NCBI RefSeq assembly: GCF_028641065.1
Contig: NC_073393.1
Location: 16,182,001-16,246,000, forward strand
Origin: Leucoraja erinacea
Taxonomy: Eukaryota
Length of the DNA: 64,000 bases
Direction of reading: 5' to 3'
Shown here: in pieces, positions 1 through 14,267 of the stretch
Layout of the letters: every line of letters begins with the position of its first letter
How positions within the stretch are numbered: the stretch's first letter is position 1
Position numbers and translations under genes: made by a program
The notes under the pieces: generated by a model
Seen by the model: the letters and a program-made list of their open reading frames with translations, nothing else
The model's database searches: none
What the model was told of the DNA's origin: nothing

Positions 1-3000
1 TTTGGTTATTTCCAGGATAAACTGGAAGAGCTGCCGAAAGGGTGGAAGGCAAATTAACTGGGCTGATGGAAAATGGCGATCTGAGTTATCGATGTATGTT
101 GGTACATCACTAGTGGTCTGTGTAATATACTAATATACTTCACGGGAGAGTAGCGTATTGATTCATGCTCAAGCATGTTGGGGTAGAATTCTATCTACGC
201 ACGGGCGCGTTCATTATCCCCTCAGAATGGACTTCCACCCGGGGAACAAAACAAAAATTCCTGGAAAGTCGGGTTGCAATGGGATAATTGCACTGAACTG
301 TCTCCGGTTAATGCCCTACACGTGCCGTCCGATGGTGCAGTCAATTTAATAACATAAATATATTGGGGAAACTTAATTGGTGCTAACCGCAGTGAACGTA
401 TCTGGTGCTCTGTATTTAATTTGCTTATTTCCAAAACTGAACAGTTAGTCGCTCGGATAGTATAAACAATATTCTAACTTTAAATTTCCCTTCCCCACCA
501 GCCGGTTGTATTTGAGATGCATTTGTCTTTAACCGATTGTGTCTGAAGTGGGGCAGTTTGGACTAAATTTGCACAGTTCATTGACATCTTTCGTTTGGTA
601 ATGTCGCACGAAGTTAAATTACTAATCAAGCCCAGACTCATTCAGCGTTATGTTATTACATACATTGGATTACGTATCGAAAGAATTTCAAAGCCAAATT
701 GCGAGATTCTACGATTACAAATGGACCAATTCCTCAAACAATCTTACAAAAATATGTGCTAGAGTTGCGCTGTTATTTCAGGGGTCGCGGGTGCCCCGAA
801 GCGGAAGGATGATGACGGCTACTCGCCCGCTCAAGTTCCATACCTTTATTTTTATTTGATCAGTCCCAAATCTACACATTCAGTTATTCGGTTCTAGAAT
901 ATTAATCCCATTCCGATTGGAAATTTTAATAATTAAATGTTAAACGTTGAAATATACCAATTTCTCTTCCTTCCCATCCACCAATTGCCCCTGTCTCTAT
1001 TTCAAACCTTGTGTCTTCAGAGGAAAAAGTTGGACGAGTGAATGTGCCAACCAGCGATTGACAAAACAAAAACTTAATTTCTGGACATCTCAATTTTAAT
1101 CGTTATCTGAATAGGCTCCTTTAGGGATTATTTCTGGATATATAAATGATGTAATCTATGTTCTGTAACTTGTGTTTCCAGAAAATCCTGGTTAATTTGT
1201 GCAGTTTACAAGTACTGACACTGGCCTGAAGTTAAATAGCCCTTATTATAATTGCAAGGGACTCATCAGCTTTCATACAACCTACTTTCTTACCGTTTTT
1301 GATTTATAAAAGCCAAATTGACTGACAGACTATCCTCCCAATGCAACATGAGGATATTATTTTATTTAAAGATGTTTCATAGTATTGAGAATGTATGCAT
1401 TATTTCTGTTGCATTCTCTGTCAAAGCATGTGCCTATCCTTTAATAATATGTAATGTTCGCTGCTTTAGATTAAGTATCTATAATTGTATTGGTTTTCTT
1501 TAATTGTAGATGCTTATTAGCATTTTTAACAGAGGATGCAGCAGATAAATTGTACCACTGAAATGCATGATTTAAGCAGACCATCTTACTGTTTAAGAAT
1601 GGGGTTTGGTGGGATGGAGTTAGTGGAAAGGGGTGAGAACAAGTGGCAACAGTGTGAATATTTGGACCAAAGTGTATCATTCCTATAGGTAAAGACCTAT
1701 ATTTCATATGAATGGTCCTGGCAGCCATTTCCCCACATTATCAATTATTATTTAATTATACGATGCAAATTATATATTTTTAATATTCTAAAATGTTTCT
1801 TAATTTATCGGTAATTTATTTGACACTTTGTTACACTTTGTAGACTACAGCTTTGTATGATAATTATGCTAAATTATTTGGCAAGTAGAGTTTATTGACA
1901 TAAGCCCAAATACAGTAAGTTATAAGTACAATGAACAGCTTGCTTACAACAGCATCAAAGGCAGGCAAATTAAACATAAATTATGAAAGCCAGTGCAAAG
2001 AAAAACAATGTGTAATACAATAAATTTGTGCAAAACAGATTCTGAAGAAGGGTCTCGACCCGAAATGTCGCCCATTCCTTCTCTCTATAGATGCTGCCTC
2101 ACCCGCTGAGTTACTCCAGCATTTTGTGTCTACTTTCGATTTCACCAGCATCTGCAGTTCTTTCTTACACAGATTTAAAATCAAGTTCATTGTTGTGCAA
2201 GAGGTGGTCCATAGCATTTCGCTGCTGAGGAAGTATTAAGATCATGAAGGCCATTTCAAGACTTGATGGTGGAGGAAAATAATTGTTCCTGAACCTGGTG
2301 GTGTGGGAATTTAATGTTCTGTACAAGAAGGGTCCCGCCCCAAAACATCACCCATTCCTTATCTCCAGAGATGCTGCCTGGTCCTCAGTTACTCCAGCAT
2401 TTTGTGTTTATCTTCAATTTAAACCACCATCTGCAGTTCTTTCCTACACGTTAGTGTTCTGTACCACCTGTCTGACAGTAGCAGAGAAAAGAGAGCATAA
2501 GCCATTTGGTGGAAATCATCGATGATAGATGCTGTCTTCTTGAAGAAGTGCCTTGTGTAGATGCCATCGATGGCAAACTGCATAAAGCTTATGCTCTGGT
2601 ACAAGCATCAAAATTTCATTTTTTAAATGTTATTACATTTTGTAGAAACTAGCTTTTTATGGTAATGCTGCTGTTCTTTTGCCAAATACAAGCTTTTACT
2701 TTGTCAAGCTTTGTTTTAATAGAGACATAAATATTACCTGACAATGGAATTTTTTGATGAATGAATGAATAAGTTTATTGGCGAAGTAAGTTCACATGCA
2801 AGGAATCTGCCTTGGTGCTCCGCCCGCAAATGACAACATGACATACAGCGACAATTAAGAATGACACATAAAACAGTCAACATTAACAATAAAACATTAT
2901 TGATTAAACATGTGAATTAAATAAAATACCACAGCCAAAGGAGGCTACAGAATTTTGGTTATTGAGTAGAGCTATTACTCGTGGAGGAAAAACGCTGTTT

Positions 3001-3657
3001 TTATGTCTCAGCTATTTGATGAGAGAATGGTAGCTGCCTACTTTAACAATGTATTAATTTCACAAAATGAACACATTATATTTAAGTGCAAGACAGGCAT
3101 AATTGGAATTCAGGCTACACAACCTATATTTGGGTTTAGGCCAGGGCATCTCATTCTGTGCCAACCTAGCTCACTACTTCATTCAGTTCAGGCTGATTTA
3201 CTCGGGTATGTACCTACACGTTTGTTGAACAAAACCATTAAGTGTGCGGGATAGCTTCTTCCTTTCCCATTTCCAGCAAATGTACCAGGTCGTCTCAGTT
3301 TCATTAATGTAGGCGTAAAATATAAGTAGGCAAGTTCAGAGTTAATTTGGATTCATCATGATTGGGTCCGTTTTTAATTTTATAGCCACATAGATCTTTA
3401 CAGTGCAGAACCGAACACATTTACCCAATAAGTCCCCATTATAACATTTTTGTACAAGATGGTGTCAGATTGTTATACCAAAATGTTCTATAGACCAGAC
3501 ATGCCAGCGAATAATCCCTTTTAATAATGGAGGAGTGAAATATTACAAAAGGGAATATTCTAACATTTTCCAATGTACACCAGACAAGTATATCGGTTCA
3601 CATCTTGTTTGCAATATTGAAATCAGAACATATGTTATCTTTTAACATTTTCTACAG

Positions 3658-3948
3658 CTTCCCCAGCACCAATGACGATTATGAAATCACAAGATGCAGA
3701 TGGTTCTCTGCTGTGCAAAACCTCTGGGTTCTTTCCTGCAGACTACAGCTTGTCTTGGTATAGAGATGGTCAAATAATTACGAATGGAGTAAAAACAAAC
3801 GATCAGCTTAACGCAGAGCATCTAACTGAAGCCTCCAGCTACTTGCACGACACAGAGCCAGCGCAGGAAGGAACTATCTACACATGTGAAGTATCTCACT
3901 CCACGCTCAAAGCTCCAGCTTCGGCCACTTATACTGTCAACCTTGCAG
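3658..3948 (+). CDS. Gene A: Ig C1-set domain exon of an IgSF receptor (leader and V exons presumably upstream of the window)
   Basis: Acceptor tttctacag|, donor G|gtagaa, phase 1/1. Translation ASPAPMTIMKSQDADGSLLCKTSGFFPADYSLSWYRDG...YTCEVSHSTLKAPASATYTVNLA has the C1 hallmarks LxC, FxP, W and YxCxVxH. Confidence 0.9.
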
Positions 3949-4827
3949 GTAGAAACATCCCTCTTTTGACAAATAATTTAATTTGTATATGATTACACTG
4001 TGTCTGGTTGATTTTTTTTGTTGTAATAATACCTAGCAGGCGATGAGTTAAAATCTGAATTTTCAGAAACTGGGTTTGCATGGAGTGTCTAAGATTAATA
4101 AGAGTACACACCAGCTGCAGCAGCTAAGCTTAGTGACGTGACTTTACACTACTTCTTAAGGTCCACTTTTATTCAATATTTCCCTGGATGTAATTCTTTG
4201 CTGATGTGTTTTTGCACAATTGTTTTAACTGATGAGATATCTTAAGTTAAAAACAGAAAGTACTGGAAAAACTCTGCAGCTCCTCCAACATTTATGGAAA
4301 GATACATAGAGTTAAGAATGATCTCCAACCTGAAAGGTTAATTCTCTTTCTCTTTCCATAGATGCTGCCTGTTCTCCAGTGTGCTACTAGCATTTTCTGT
4401 ATTTTTACTTCAGATTTCCAGCATCCATGGATTTATGATTATTTTCATGCCTCGGTTACTTACTCATTCTATACATGGGATCAATATGCCACAGAATTAT
4501 AGAATGATTACATCACACAAGGAGCCCTTTTAGCCCATCATGTGTGTGCTGATTTTCTACCAGAACAAATCACTAGTCTCCCCACACCAGCACATTCTCT
4601 CCGGCATTGCATTTTTTTCTGCAGCATATATTAATACAATTCATCTCTTTGATGATATAGCAGAACCTGCTTCCATTACATCCATAGGTAATGCATTCAC
4701 TTCCCCCATTATTAATGACAACCCTTTGGTCTTTGTGTTTCACTATCTCGATACATTTTCTAGCCTTCATCGATTTATATATATATCCATCAAATCTCCC
4801 CTCGGCCTTCTCTTCTCCAAAGAAAGG

Positions 4828-5370
4828 ATGGCACAGCATGTAAAGTTGCTGTCTCACAGCACCAGAATCTCAGTTTTGAACCTGACCTCAGGTCCGTGTG
4901 TAGTTTGAATGTTCTCCCTGTGATTGTATGGGTTTCTTCTGGGTGCTCCATATTTCAGTCACATCCTAAAGACGTTCAGGTTTTTCGGTTAATTGGCTTT
5001 GTAAATTGCCCCTAGTATATAGAGAGTGGATACGAAAGTGGTATAATGCGATGGTATAAAGGGAAGACAGATGGCACAATGGGCTAAGTGTTCGGCTGGC
5101 GACCGGAAGGTAGCCGGTTCGAATCCCGCTTGGAGTGCATACCGTCGTTGTGTCCTTGGGGCAAGACACTTCACCCACCTTTGCCTGTGTGTAAATGTAA
5201 TGTAATTATGTGAAGCACTTTGGGGTCAATGCAAGTTGACTAAAAATGTGCTATATAAATAAGATTATTATTATTATTATTATAATGCAGAACTGGTGAA
5301 TGGGTGATCGACGGTTGGCATGGACTTGGCGGGCTGAATGGCCAGTTTTTATGCTGTACTTTCAATCAAT
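4828..5370 (+). mobile_element. HE1/V-SINE-like element with a nested tRNA-derived SINE (5071-5283)
   Basis: tggcacagc...gtttgaatgttctccctgtga...gggtgctcc V-domain-like core. The insert has A/B boxes (tggcacaatgg, ggttcgaatccc) and an (att)n tail. Confidence 0.65.
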
Positions 5371-6269
5371 CAGTCAATCAAACAATCAATCAAAACAATC
5401 TAAACTTCTGTCATGATTATAGCGCTAGGAACCAATTTTGTTTAACATCTTCACGTCCTTCCGATAATGTGGTGACTAGAAATTAGTATAATATTTCCAG
5501 CTGAGGCCAAACAAGAATTTTATACAGATTCAGCAAAAATTCCTGCTTTCATACTCTGTCTTTACTGATGGCACAGGATTGTGTTTGCCTTATTATCCAC
5601 TTACCTAACTTCCCCAACCACGTTTAATGATTTGTGCACAGATCCCCCTTCTCCTGCACCCCATTTAGAAAAGTATCCTTTTCTCTTCCTCATTCTTCAC
5701 AGCAAATTGCATCATGCATATTCCTCCACATTAAACTTCATCTATCACCAGCTGGTTTATATCTGGCTGTAATATATCCCTATCTTCTTTGTTAATCACA
5801 ATACACCAAGTTTTATGCCATCTGCAAATATCGAAATTTTGGCTTGACCCCCTAATTCTAGGTTATTAAAATAGATTATAAAAAAAACAATTATCCTAAA
5901 CTGACACGTAGAAGCACCACTATTCACAATTTAAGTCAGAAAACCATTCATTATATTGCTCTTGTTATCTTTTACTTTGCCAACCATAATTTTTTGTTTA
6001 TTGTCTCCTTTTAAGGATTGTGCTTCAGCTTTGCTGATAAGTGTAGTATGCGGCACTTAACACAAAACATTGCTAGAACTGCATTAATTTCATTAACTCT
6101 ATCTGTTATCTCAAATTATTTAAATATGATATGCCCTTAACAAATCCATGCTTGCAACCCTTAAACATTTCAGCCCATTAGTGAATTAGTATTTGCTTCG
6201 TTCTGCTTTAAAATTATTAACAGACTCTGTTTCCGTCCCCCTTAAAGGAAGAGTTTGTCAAAGCTTTTA

Positions 6270-8300
6270 GAGAGAATGGAAAATTCCCCCACGTCTGCCT
6301 TCAATATGTGATCCTTTTTTTAAACAATGACAACTAATCATTCTGTGAGGAAATATCCTTTCCATTTCCACCTTGTCAAGACTTCTCATGATTTTACATT
6401 TATCAATCAGGACCCTTCTCACTCTGTTGAATCGCAGCAGACACAATCCTAGCCTGTCAAACCTTTTCCTGTAAGGCACGGCATTAGTCTTTACTTGTCT
6501 CTGAACTACTTCTGTCATATTATTCTTTACTTAAACAAGGAGGCCATTACTGCACTAGATTCTCCAGATGTGGTCTCATCAATTTCCAATGTAAATAAAG
6601 CAAGGTCTTCCTACTCTTGTATTCAATTCCCCCAGCAATAAAATATAATAGAAGAAAATGTTCTGACAGGTTTGTGAATTACCTGCTGCACCTGAATGCT
6701 AGATGTTTTCAGTTCATGCACCCAGATTTCCTTGCATCTCAGAACAATGATGGCACCTCATTATCTCATGGTAGCTAAACCAGAAGACTAAGACAGAGTT
6801 TCAACCCAAAATGTCACCTATTCCATTTCTCCAGAGATGCTGCCTGACCCACTGAGTTACTCCAGCATTTTGTGTCTATCGCCAGAAGACTAAAATGCAG
6901 GGAACCACAGTGACTTGGTAGTTTGGATTCAGAACTGGCTAATCCATAGAAAAGAGGTTAGTGATGGAAGGGCATAATTCTGGTTGAAGGTGTGTGTCCA
7001 GTGGTGGCTTGCGGAGATCAGCGCAGGCACCTCTGTTCGTTTGTGATATATATAAATGACTCAGACGAAACTGTAGATGGAATGGTTAGCCAGTTTGCAG
7101 AATACACAAAAATGAGTGGAGTTGCAGACAGTTAAGAAGACCATCAATTAATACAACTGGATACAAGAGGTTTTGGGTGGACACATGGCAGATAGAGTTT
7201 AATCTGGGCAAATGTGAACTGCTGCACATTTGATGGTCAAATGTAAGAGGATTTAATGACAAAACCCATAATAATAATAATGATGTACAAAGGGGTCTTG
7301 GTGTCCAAGTACAAAGCTCCCTGTATGTAGCACCAGAAGTGGATGGTATTAAAGAAGGCACAGAGGAAGGAGCCATAGATGCTGGTTTAAATCAAAGATA
7401 GACACAAAAAGTTGGAATAACTCAGCGGGTCAGGCAGCAGGTCAGAAAAAGGTCTGAAGAAAGGTCTCGACCCAAAACATCAGCTATTCCTTTACTCCAG
7501 AGATGCTGTCTGACCCGCTGAGTTACTCCAGTCTTTTTGTGTCTATCATTGTATTAAAGAAGACATCTGGTTTGCTTGACATCGGAGGTCAAGCCATTCA
7601 GTATAAGAATCGGGAAGTCATTTTGCACCTGTGTAAAACTTTACTTATGTCACATTTGGAGTATTGTATGCAATTCTGATTACCTCATTACAGGACAGGA
7701 AAGTAGTGTAGAATTTGCAGAAGGTGATGAAGAGGTTGACCAGGATATTGCGTAGATTAGTGAGTGTTAGCTATAAGGAGAGTTTGGACAAACTTGGATT
7801 GTTTTCTCCGGAGCGTTACAGGCTGAGAAGAGACCTGATATAGGTTTACAAAGTCATGAGAGGCAAAGAAAGAGGAAACAATCAAACCAGACATAAAATG
7901 CTGGGGTAATGCAACGGGTCAGGCAGCATCCCTGGAGAACATGGACAGGTTACCTTTCGTATCGGGACCCTTCTTCAGAATCTTGTTCCCAGGGTGGAAA
8001 TGTCAAACACAAAGGGGCATTGGTTCAAGCTGAGAGTGGGAATATTTAAAGGAGTAGTGCGCTGCAAGATTTTTTGCATAGAAAGTAATGGGTGCCTGGA
8101 ATGCGCTGTCAGTGCTGGCGGTTGAAACAGTTTTGATAGTAACAGATCAGAGCCTTTTAGAGTGGCACATAAATATGCAGGGACTGGAGGGATATGGATC
8201 ATATGCAGGCAGAAGGTTTTAGTTTGATTTGGTATCAAGCTCAGCACAGGCATCATGGGGCAATGGCCTATTCAGTGCTAATCCATTCTGTGTTCTAACA
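6270..8300. mobile_element. Old CR1 RT fragments in both orientations with embedded Penelope-type repeats
   Basis: Degenerate RT and 3' motifs (catttggagtattg, tggcagatagagtttaat). Confidence 0.6.
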
Positions 8301-8684
8301 TTCATAAAATGTATTAATTGGTCAAAAACGTAATTGCTTAAATTTTGTGTGAAGAATTTGTTCTGTATTTTTCACATTATAACAGTTTAAAATAACTCCA
8401 TTAGTTAACTCAAAGGTTTTGAACCCCACCAACCAGTAATGGAACTGAGATTCTCAAAACTCTTTATACGTTAGGTTGAGGTATTATATTTTAAATGAGC
8501 TTAATCACACTATTTATTTCTGTTGGTTTGAATATTGGTTTGAACATTAGTGCTGTTTTTGCGCAGGGAGATTTACTTTATAATATAGTTTTATGCAGAG
8601 CCCTCAGAATGTCGCAACCTCCAAAATCAACATTTGACTTGAGAGTACAAGTGATTTTATTTCTGTTTTATATCTGCTTTCCAG

Positions 8685-8789
8685 ATGTCAGTTCAAAAAC
8701 TACTTTACCTTGGTGGATTCCTCTTTGTGCAGTACTGTCTCTACTGCTTCTGATTATTGTAGCAATAGTCAGTTATAAACTCTGCAAAG
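8685..8789 (+). CDS. Gene A: transmembrane exon (uncharged TM)
   Basis: ctttccag| and G|gtaagg, phase 1/1, 105 nt, the same length as the gene B TM exon. Encodes DVSSKTTLPWWIPLCAVLSLLLLIIVAIVSYKLCK. Confidence 0.85.
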
Positions 8790-10723
8790 GTAAGGGACAA
8801 TCTCTTTTCAATGATTTTAGTGTTACATTGATTCACTAATTATAACAAGCAAAAAAGTTATTGTAAATTAATCAGATAAAAACATTGTTATGTTTTTTAT
8901 TCTGTGCTGTACATTGTAATAGGATTAAGTATTGCAAATTGGACACATCCACAATGGGCATTGAATTTTCAGCTTAGACAGAGTGCCTTTTAAAGCAAAG
9001 TATTCAGTGTATTTACTGCTCTTGGATATTTATTGCAGTTATGTGGAGAGAACTAAATTGATGAAGGTTGTTTTTTGTGGTGAAGGGGATTTTAGGAGGA
9101 AGTCAAAGCCATCAATTTGCCATTTTTGATTGAACGTAGCTTGAAAGCTTTGGCCATGTCTAGCATTCATGTGTTAGGGATGTCATGATTGAGATGCAGC
9201 TTCACTTACAACTAGATTTTGTGGGATTTGCAGAACTTTCATTTGATCTATTTGTGTGAGATTGTTCAGCTATGTTAATTACATTCTGCATTTGTTGTTT
9301 AACACAATTGTAGCCCAACATTGCAGCCTCACAAAGCTAACATATCGTCATTTTTGATTTTGCCTAGTACTGCTTTTGGCATGTCCTTCTGCATTCCCCA
9401 TTCAACTAGTGTTGAATGCCAGCATGCAAGTAATGATCTGTCTCCATAAAGTTAATGGTGTGTTCCCTTCCATCAATGCTATCATGAACAGATGTATCTG
9501 CCACAGGTGAATTGGCGAGAGTGAGGTCAAGTGTTTTTTATTGTTTGTGTTGGTTCACTCACTATCAGCTATGGACTCGTTTTCAAGAGTCAGCCAACAC
9601 ACGCGCTACAAGCCAAGTTTGGGATGGAGGGTCCACAGCCACGGAATATTTTGTCTTTACTACTTCAAATTATTGTTCAACAAGAAGGATTGTTGGGAAT
9701 TGTGGCAGCTGCAATCGCCAGGCAAGTGGAGAGTATTCCATCGCACTCCTAACTTGTGCTTTGTAAGTGCTAAAAAGAACTTAGATGTTAATAGTGCAAG
9801 CAAGTTACCATAGGATATCCACCATCTGGCCTGCTTTATAGGCACGTTGTTTATCTATGGTTCAGTTGAATTTATGCTCAAAGGTGACCTTCAGGATGTT
9901 GTTGGTGGGGTATTTAAAGATGGTAATGGCATTGAATATCAGGGGTACATGACGCTAGGTATCAGCTAATAAAAGAAAGTGATTCTTAAAGATCGCTCCA
10001 GTTTTTCGAGTTCATTATGTTCCTTCCCACCTCTAATCTTCTGACATAAAAAATTCTGTGTAGTCTTGGCCCATAGCTCATGTTTCTTAATACAATTAAG
10101 GCTACTTTCACCTTCACGGCAAGATTGGAGTATTAAATTGAAGAAAAGTTAACTTTAATTTATTATTATTTCTTTAAGCCAGAAGTTTGTGATGGAGCTT
10201 CCGTTTTGTGCAGCAAAAGAAAATGCTTTGTGTTTTAAAATGGAGATGTAAAAGTTTCCGGTTGGCCGATGAGCTGCTGAGCACCAAAATCAACTTGCAC
10301 CTCAATGCTGCAATCCTTTTCATATTTCCCAAATTAATTGTCTTGTTCTTTTCTGGCTTCATGAATGAAAGTGATCAAGTTATAAATAATTTCTGGTTTA
10401 TCTTATTCATCAGAACGTGGAATCTTGCAGAGAATTCCTGCCTGTACAGAAAAGTACGGCCTTCCAAACAAACACAACATCTTTATACCATTTAATTGAA
10501 ACCCTCTGACATTAATTGACTAATTATCACATTTTGGAGGAACAGTACCTCGTATTCCGCTTGGAGTCTGCATCCTGCAGTCATGAACATTGAATTCTCC
10601 CAATTTTGTTAGCCCTTACTGACTCCTCCCCTTCCTCAGCCCTCGGGCTGTCTCCTCCCATCCCTCAGCCCTCGGGCTCCTCCTCCTTCTTTTTCCTTTC
10701 TTCTCCCCGCCACCCCCATCAGT

Positions 10724-10752
10724 CTGAAGAAGGGTTTCGGCCCGAAACGTTG
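10724..10752 (+). ncRNA. Minimal hammerhead core in a Penelope-type repeat (about 10585-10850)
   Basis: CTGAAGA-agggt-ttcg-gccc-GAAAC-GTT. Confidence 0.55.
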
Positions 10753-12975
10753 CCTATTTTCCTTGCTCCATAGATGCTGCTGCACCCGCTGAGTTTCTCC
10801 AGCTTTTTCGTGTACCTGCAATTTTCCAGCATCTGCAGTTCCTTCTTAAACATATCACATTTTATTGTTCAGTTAGAACAATATACAAGAAGTACATTTA
10901 TAGTGTCCTGGCCTACTTGCATATTAAACATGACCACTTTACAATTGTTTCTACCATTGAAGTCATGTGCAAGGATTAAAAACAAAGAAAACTACAAGTG
11001 ATCAATCATGTGTTTCCTCTGCTCCTGTTTGTTATTTCCTCAAGACTAAACCATCGCTTTATCACAATCCTTGCTGTGAGTGTTTGTGACTAAGGAGGCC
11101 CTGCTAGCAGTTTACAGTTTATAATTTCACTGTGCTGCTAATCCCTTAATAGTTAAGCAAAATTAAAATAATATATTGCCAATCTGTGTTAATACTGATG
11201 ATTATATCAGAAACAATGGAGCCCACTGGTTTTCCACATTTGAACACCAGACAGACATTATTTCACGGGTGCACCTTTTATATATTTAAATGGTAGTGAA
11301 TATTTTGATGAAAATTTCTGGTTGATAGCCTGGCTCCTCCCCCAAACCTCCACCCTCATCCTGGTCTCTATCCTTTTTTAACTTTAATTTGGATATTGTT
11401 TGATTGTTTCATCATTATTGTCCTTATAAATCAACATATCGTTCCTTTTATCTTTTACTAAATTATTGTCTTTCATCGTGTGAAATTCGCCATTATCTCT
11501 CGCTTTTCTGAAATACCTCCACCACTAAATTTGCTTTCAGGAAGCTTCATTTCCTCCTCACAGCCAAAGATTTATTTTTATTTTCACACATTCTTAGTTT
11601 TAAAATAACACCTCAGTCTTAAATTCAGTTTTTTTTCTTTGTTCATTTCCAGTGATGTGGGTGTCACTGTAAAGGCCAACATCTCTTGCCCATCCTAATA
11701 AATAGAAAGGCCTCATAATCAATGGCATACTGTTTGCCAGTAACTTTGTGCCACTCTTGCATATTTTCATTTCATACAATCTGGAACAAATCTTGTTTAG
11801 TCAGAAAAACATTAAAATATGCAGACAGTAAAATGTAAAAACATAAGGTGACTAGCTTTCAGCGTACTCTCCTTTCTCTGTAAGGGCGTTGAGTATGGAA
11901 GTTGGGAAATTATGTTGCAGTTTTACAAGACTTTGCTGAGGCCACACTTAGAGTATTGTATTCAGTTTCGGTCATCTTGCTATAGGAAAGATGCCATTTT
12001 GCTGGAACAACTACAGAAAAATACATGACCATGTTGCTAAGACTGAAAGTTCAGCAGGCTAGGACTTTATTTCTAGAGGCATAGGCGATTTAAAGTGTAC
12101 AAAATCAAAAGGGGAATAGAAAAAGTGAATGCACATTTTTTTTTACAAGGTTTTCCCTAGAGGGCATGGGTTTAAGGTGAGAGGCGTTAGATTGAATAGG
12201 AACCTTCTCACACAAAAGGTTTTAGCTATGACCAGCTCTCTGCCCCTGCCCCATTCCCTCATCTACAGTTGTATTTCACTTTTGCATTCATATTTAATTA
12301 TTGGAGTTGTGTTCCTGTTATGTATAAACATGTGGAATATGAAATGCACCATATGTACCATAGTGATAGGAAAGATATTTGAGCACAAGATCTTGAATTA
12401 TATCCCACGGAAAGGAGTGCTTATTGTCTCGTTTGAAATTTTAAATCGAGATTTCATCTATTTCTCAATAAAATCCAAATAAAAATTTACGAACATTTTA
12501 AGAGCTGAGATTCCCTCACTGAATCCTCAGCCAGTGTTTATCCCACATTAAAATCACCGACTGTGGTTATATATTTGAATCATCCAAGCACAGCTTGAGA
12601 GCAGTCCTGGACTACTATCTACCTCATTGGAGACCTTTGTACTATCTTTGATCAGACTTTACTGGCTTTATCTTGCTCTAAATGTTATTCCTTTATCTTT
12701 ACATCAGTACGCTGTGAATGGCTAGATTGTTATCATGTTTTGTTTTTCCGCTGACTGGTTAGCACGCAACAAAAGCCACGTACCTCGGTCCCTGTGACAA
12801 TAAAGAAAACTTGTATTATGTTACTGTTGTTCATAGAAACATGAGTATAATGGGTATCCATAAAGTTACAGGGACTACAATTTATAATTTGTTGGTTGCA
12901 GAGAACTTCCGTTCTTTTGAAAGGTTAAAGTGCACTAACTTAAAGTTGATTAATTTAGCATAGTGAAAACTTGTT

Positions 12976-13420
12976 ATGTTTTCACTCTTCCCTGGTGACG
13001 TCCCACTTTCCGATACAGAACAGTCTGTCCTCAACAAAGGCCTTACCTTTATACGCCTGCACCCCCACCTCAATGATTTCCGGGCTCTCCATGATGTGGA
13101 GCTCTTTTACCTCCGGGCGTTTTTCTATGGAAAGGTGTCCGCATTAAACAGTGATGACCCCTTCTCTTGTCTGCAACATTACCCTTCCTCTTGGACTCCC
13201 TCTGCTGGCTTTTTGTTTCTAACTGTTGGCCCAACATCAACCGTCTTAACTTATCTACTCCCCTCAGACACTCCAACATCACAAGCTCTGAATGAACAGC
13301 CCTCTGCTCACTTAGCACTAATCCCAACAAAACAGGGATGCTGCTCGACTTGCTGAGTTACTACAGCAATTTGAGTCCTTTTGTATATTAACCACCATCT
13401 ACAGTTCTTTGTTTCTACAT
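12976..13420 (+). mobile_element. Penelope-like ORF N-terminal fragment
   Basis: PLSDTEQSVLNKGLTFIRL...DVELF..LRAFF, followed by the terminal-repeat motif ctgagttac. Confidence 0.5.
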
Positions 13421-13842
13421 AGTATTTCATGTATTTCTTCCAGATTCCCATTCCCATCAGTCATATAGCGTGCAATTCAGGGCCTTTTCACGAGGAGGAA
13501 ATTCTGACCTTGCCAATGACGTATATGATCACCCACAGTCTGTGACAGTAGCCAGACTTTTAAGGAGATGGTTCCTGATCCCACTATACTAAATTTTATC
13601 ACACCTACCGCCTTGTAAACAACAAGTACAAGACAGGGAATTTTATTCGATCATCCCACTCTTTAGTCTTTGGACACAAGGACAATTTTAGTAATCCTAA
13701 CTTCATCTTGATGCTATGACTGAGATTTGCTGGGTCAACATTGCTTAGTATTAGTAGAAGCGCGTCAGATTGTGAAGGTAAAGTTTCTTTGGGAATATTT
13801 ATGCATTTTCTAATTTTCTGTTTCATGTTATTTTACTTTCAG

Positions 13843-14045
13843 CACGTAAAGGCAAGGTTCAAATGAAGACCTGCGTACGTTGCATGCAACCTATCATGGC
13901 AAATCCTAAAAATCTGAAAGAGGAAACAGTTAAAGGGAATACACAGATGACACAGTGGAACCCAATCACAACAGCAGACGTTACCGATGCCAAGCCAAAA
14001 GTAAAAAAACATCGTAAAAGGAAAAATATCCCAATGAATATCTGA
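13843..14045 (+). CDS. Gene A: probable terminal cytoplasmic exon (no Tyr; CxxC; basic C-terminus)
   Basis: Strong acceptor ttttactttcag|, phase 1 compatible with the TM exon, continuing into ORF 13863-14045. Encodes ARKGKVQMKTCVRCMQPIMANPKNLKEETVKGNTQMTQWNPITTADVTDAKPKVKKHRKRKNIPMNI*. Confidence 0.55.
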
Positions 14046-14267
14046 TATTTTTTTCAATCTGAGAAGCATTTTATAGTAATTATTATAGATGATTTTACAT
14101 AACTTTCAATGTTTGTACACCGTGCATTTCTTGAAACTCAAAGAAAATCCAATTTTATGAGGTCACCAGATAACTGCATTTTATATATTTATTCGCTGAC
14201 AAGAACATTGTTCTCATTTTCAAAATTGCAGAATTTATAATGGTGTTTACTGACTTATTCTAAATAT

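Noticed and set aside
14-125. GTSLVVC resembling the end of a VJ exon for gene A
   Set aside because: No upstream DxxxYxC or other V-set motif in frame, and the donor phase is unconvincing.
5071-5150. tRNA gene
   Set aside because: A and B boxes are present but there is no full cloverleaf; it continues into a SINE body and (att)n tail.
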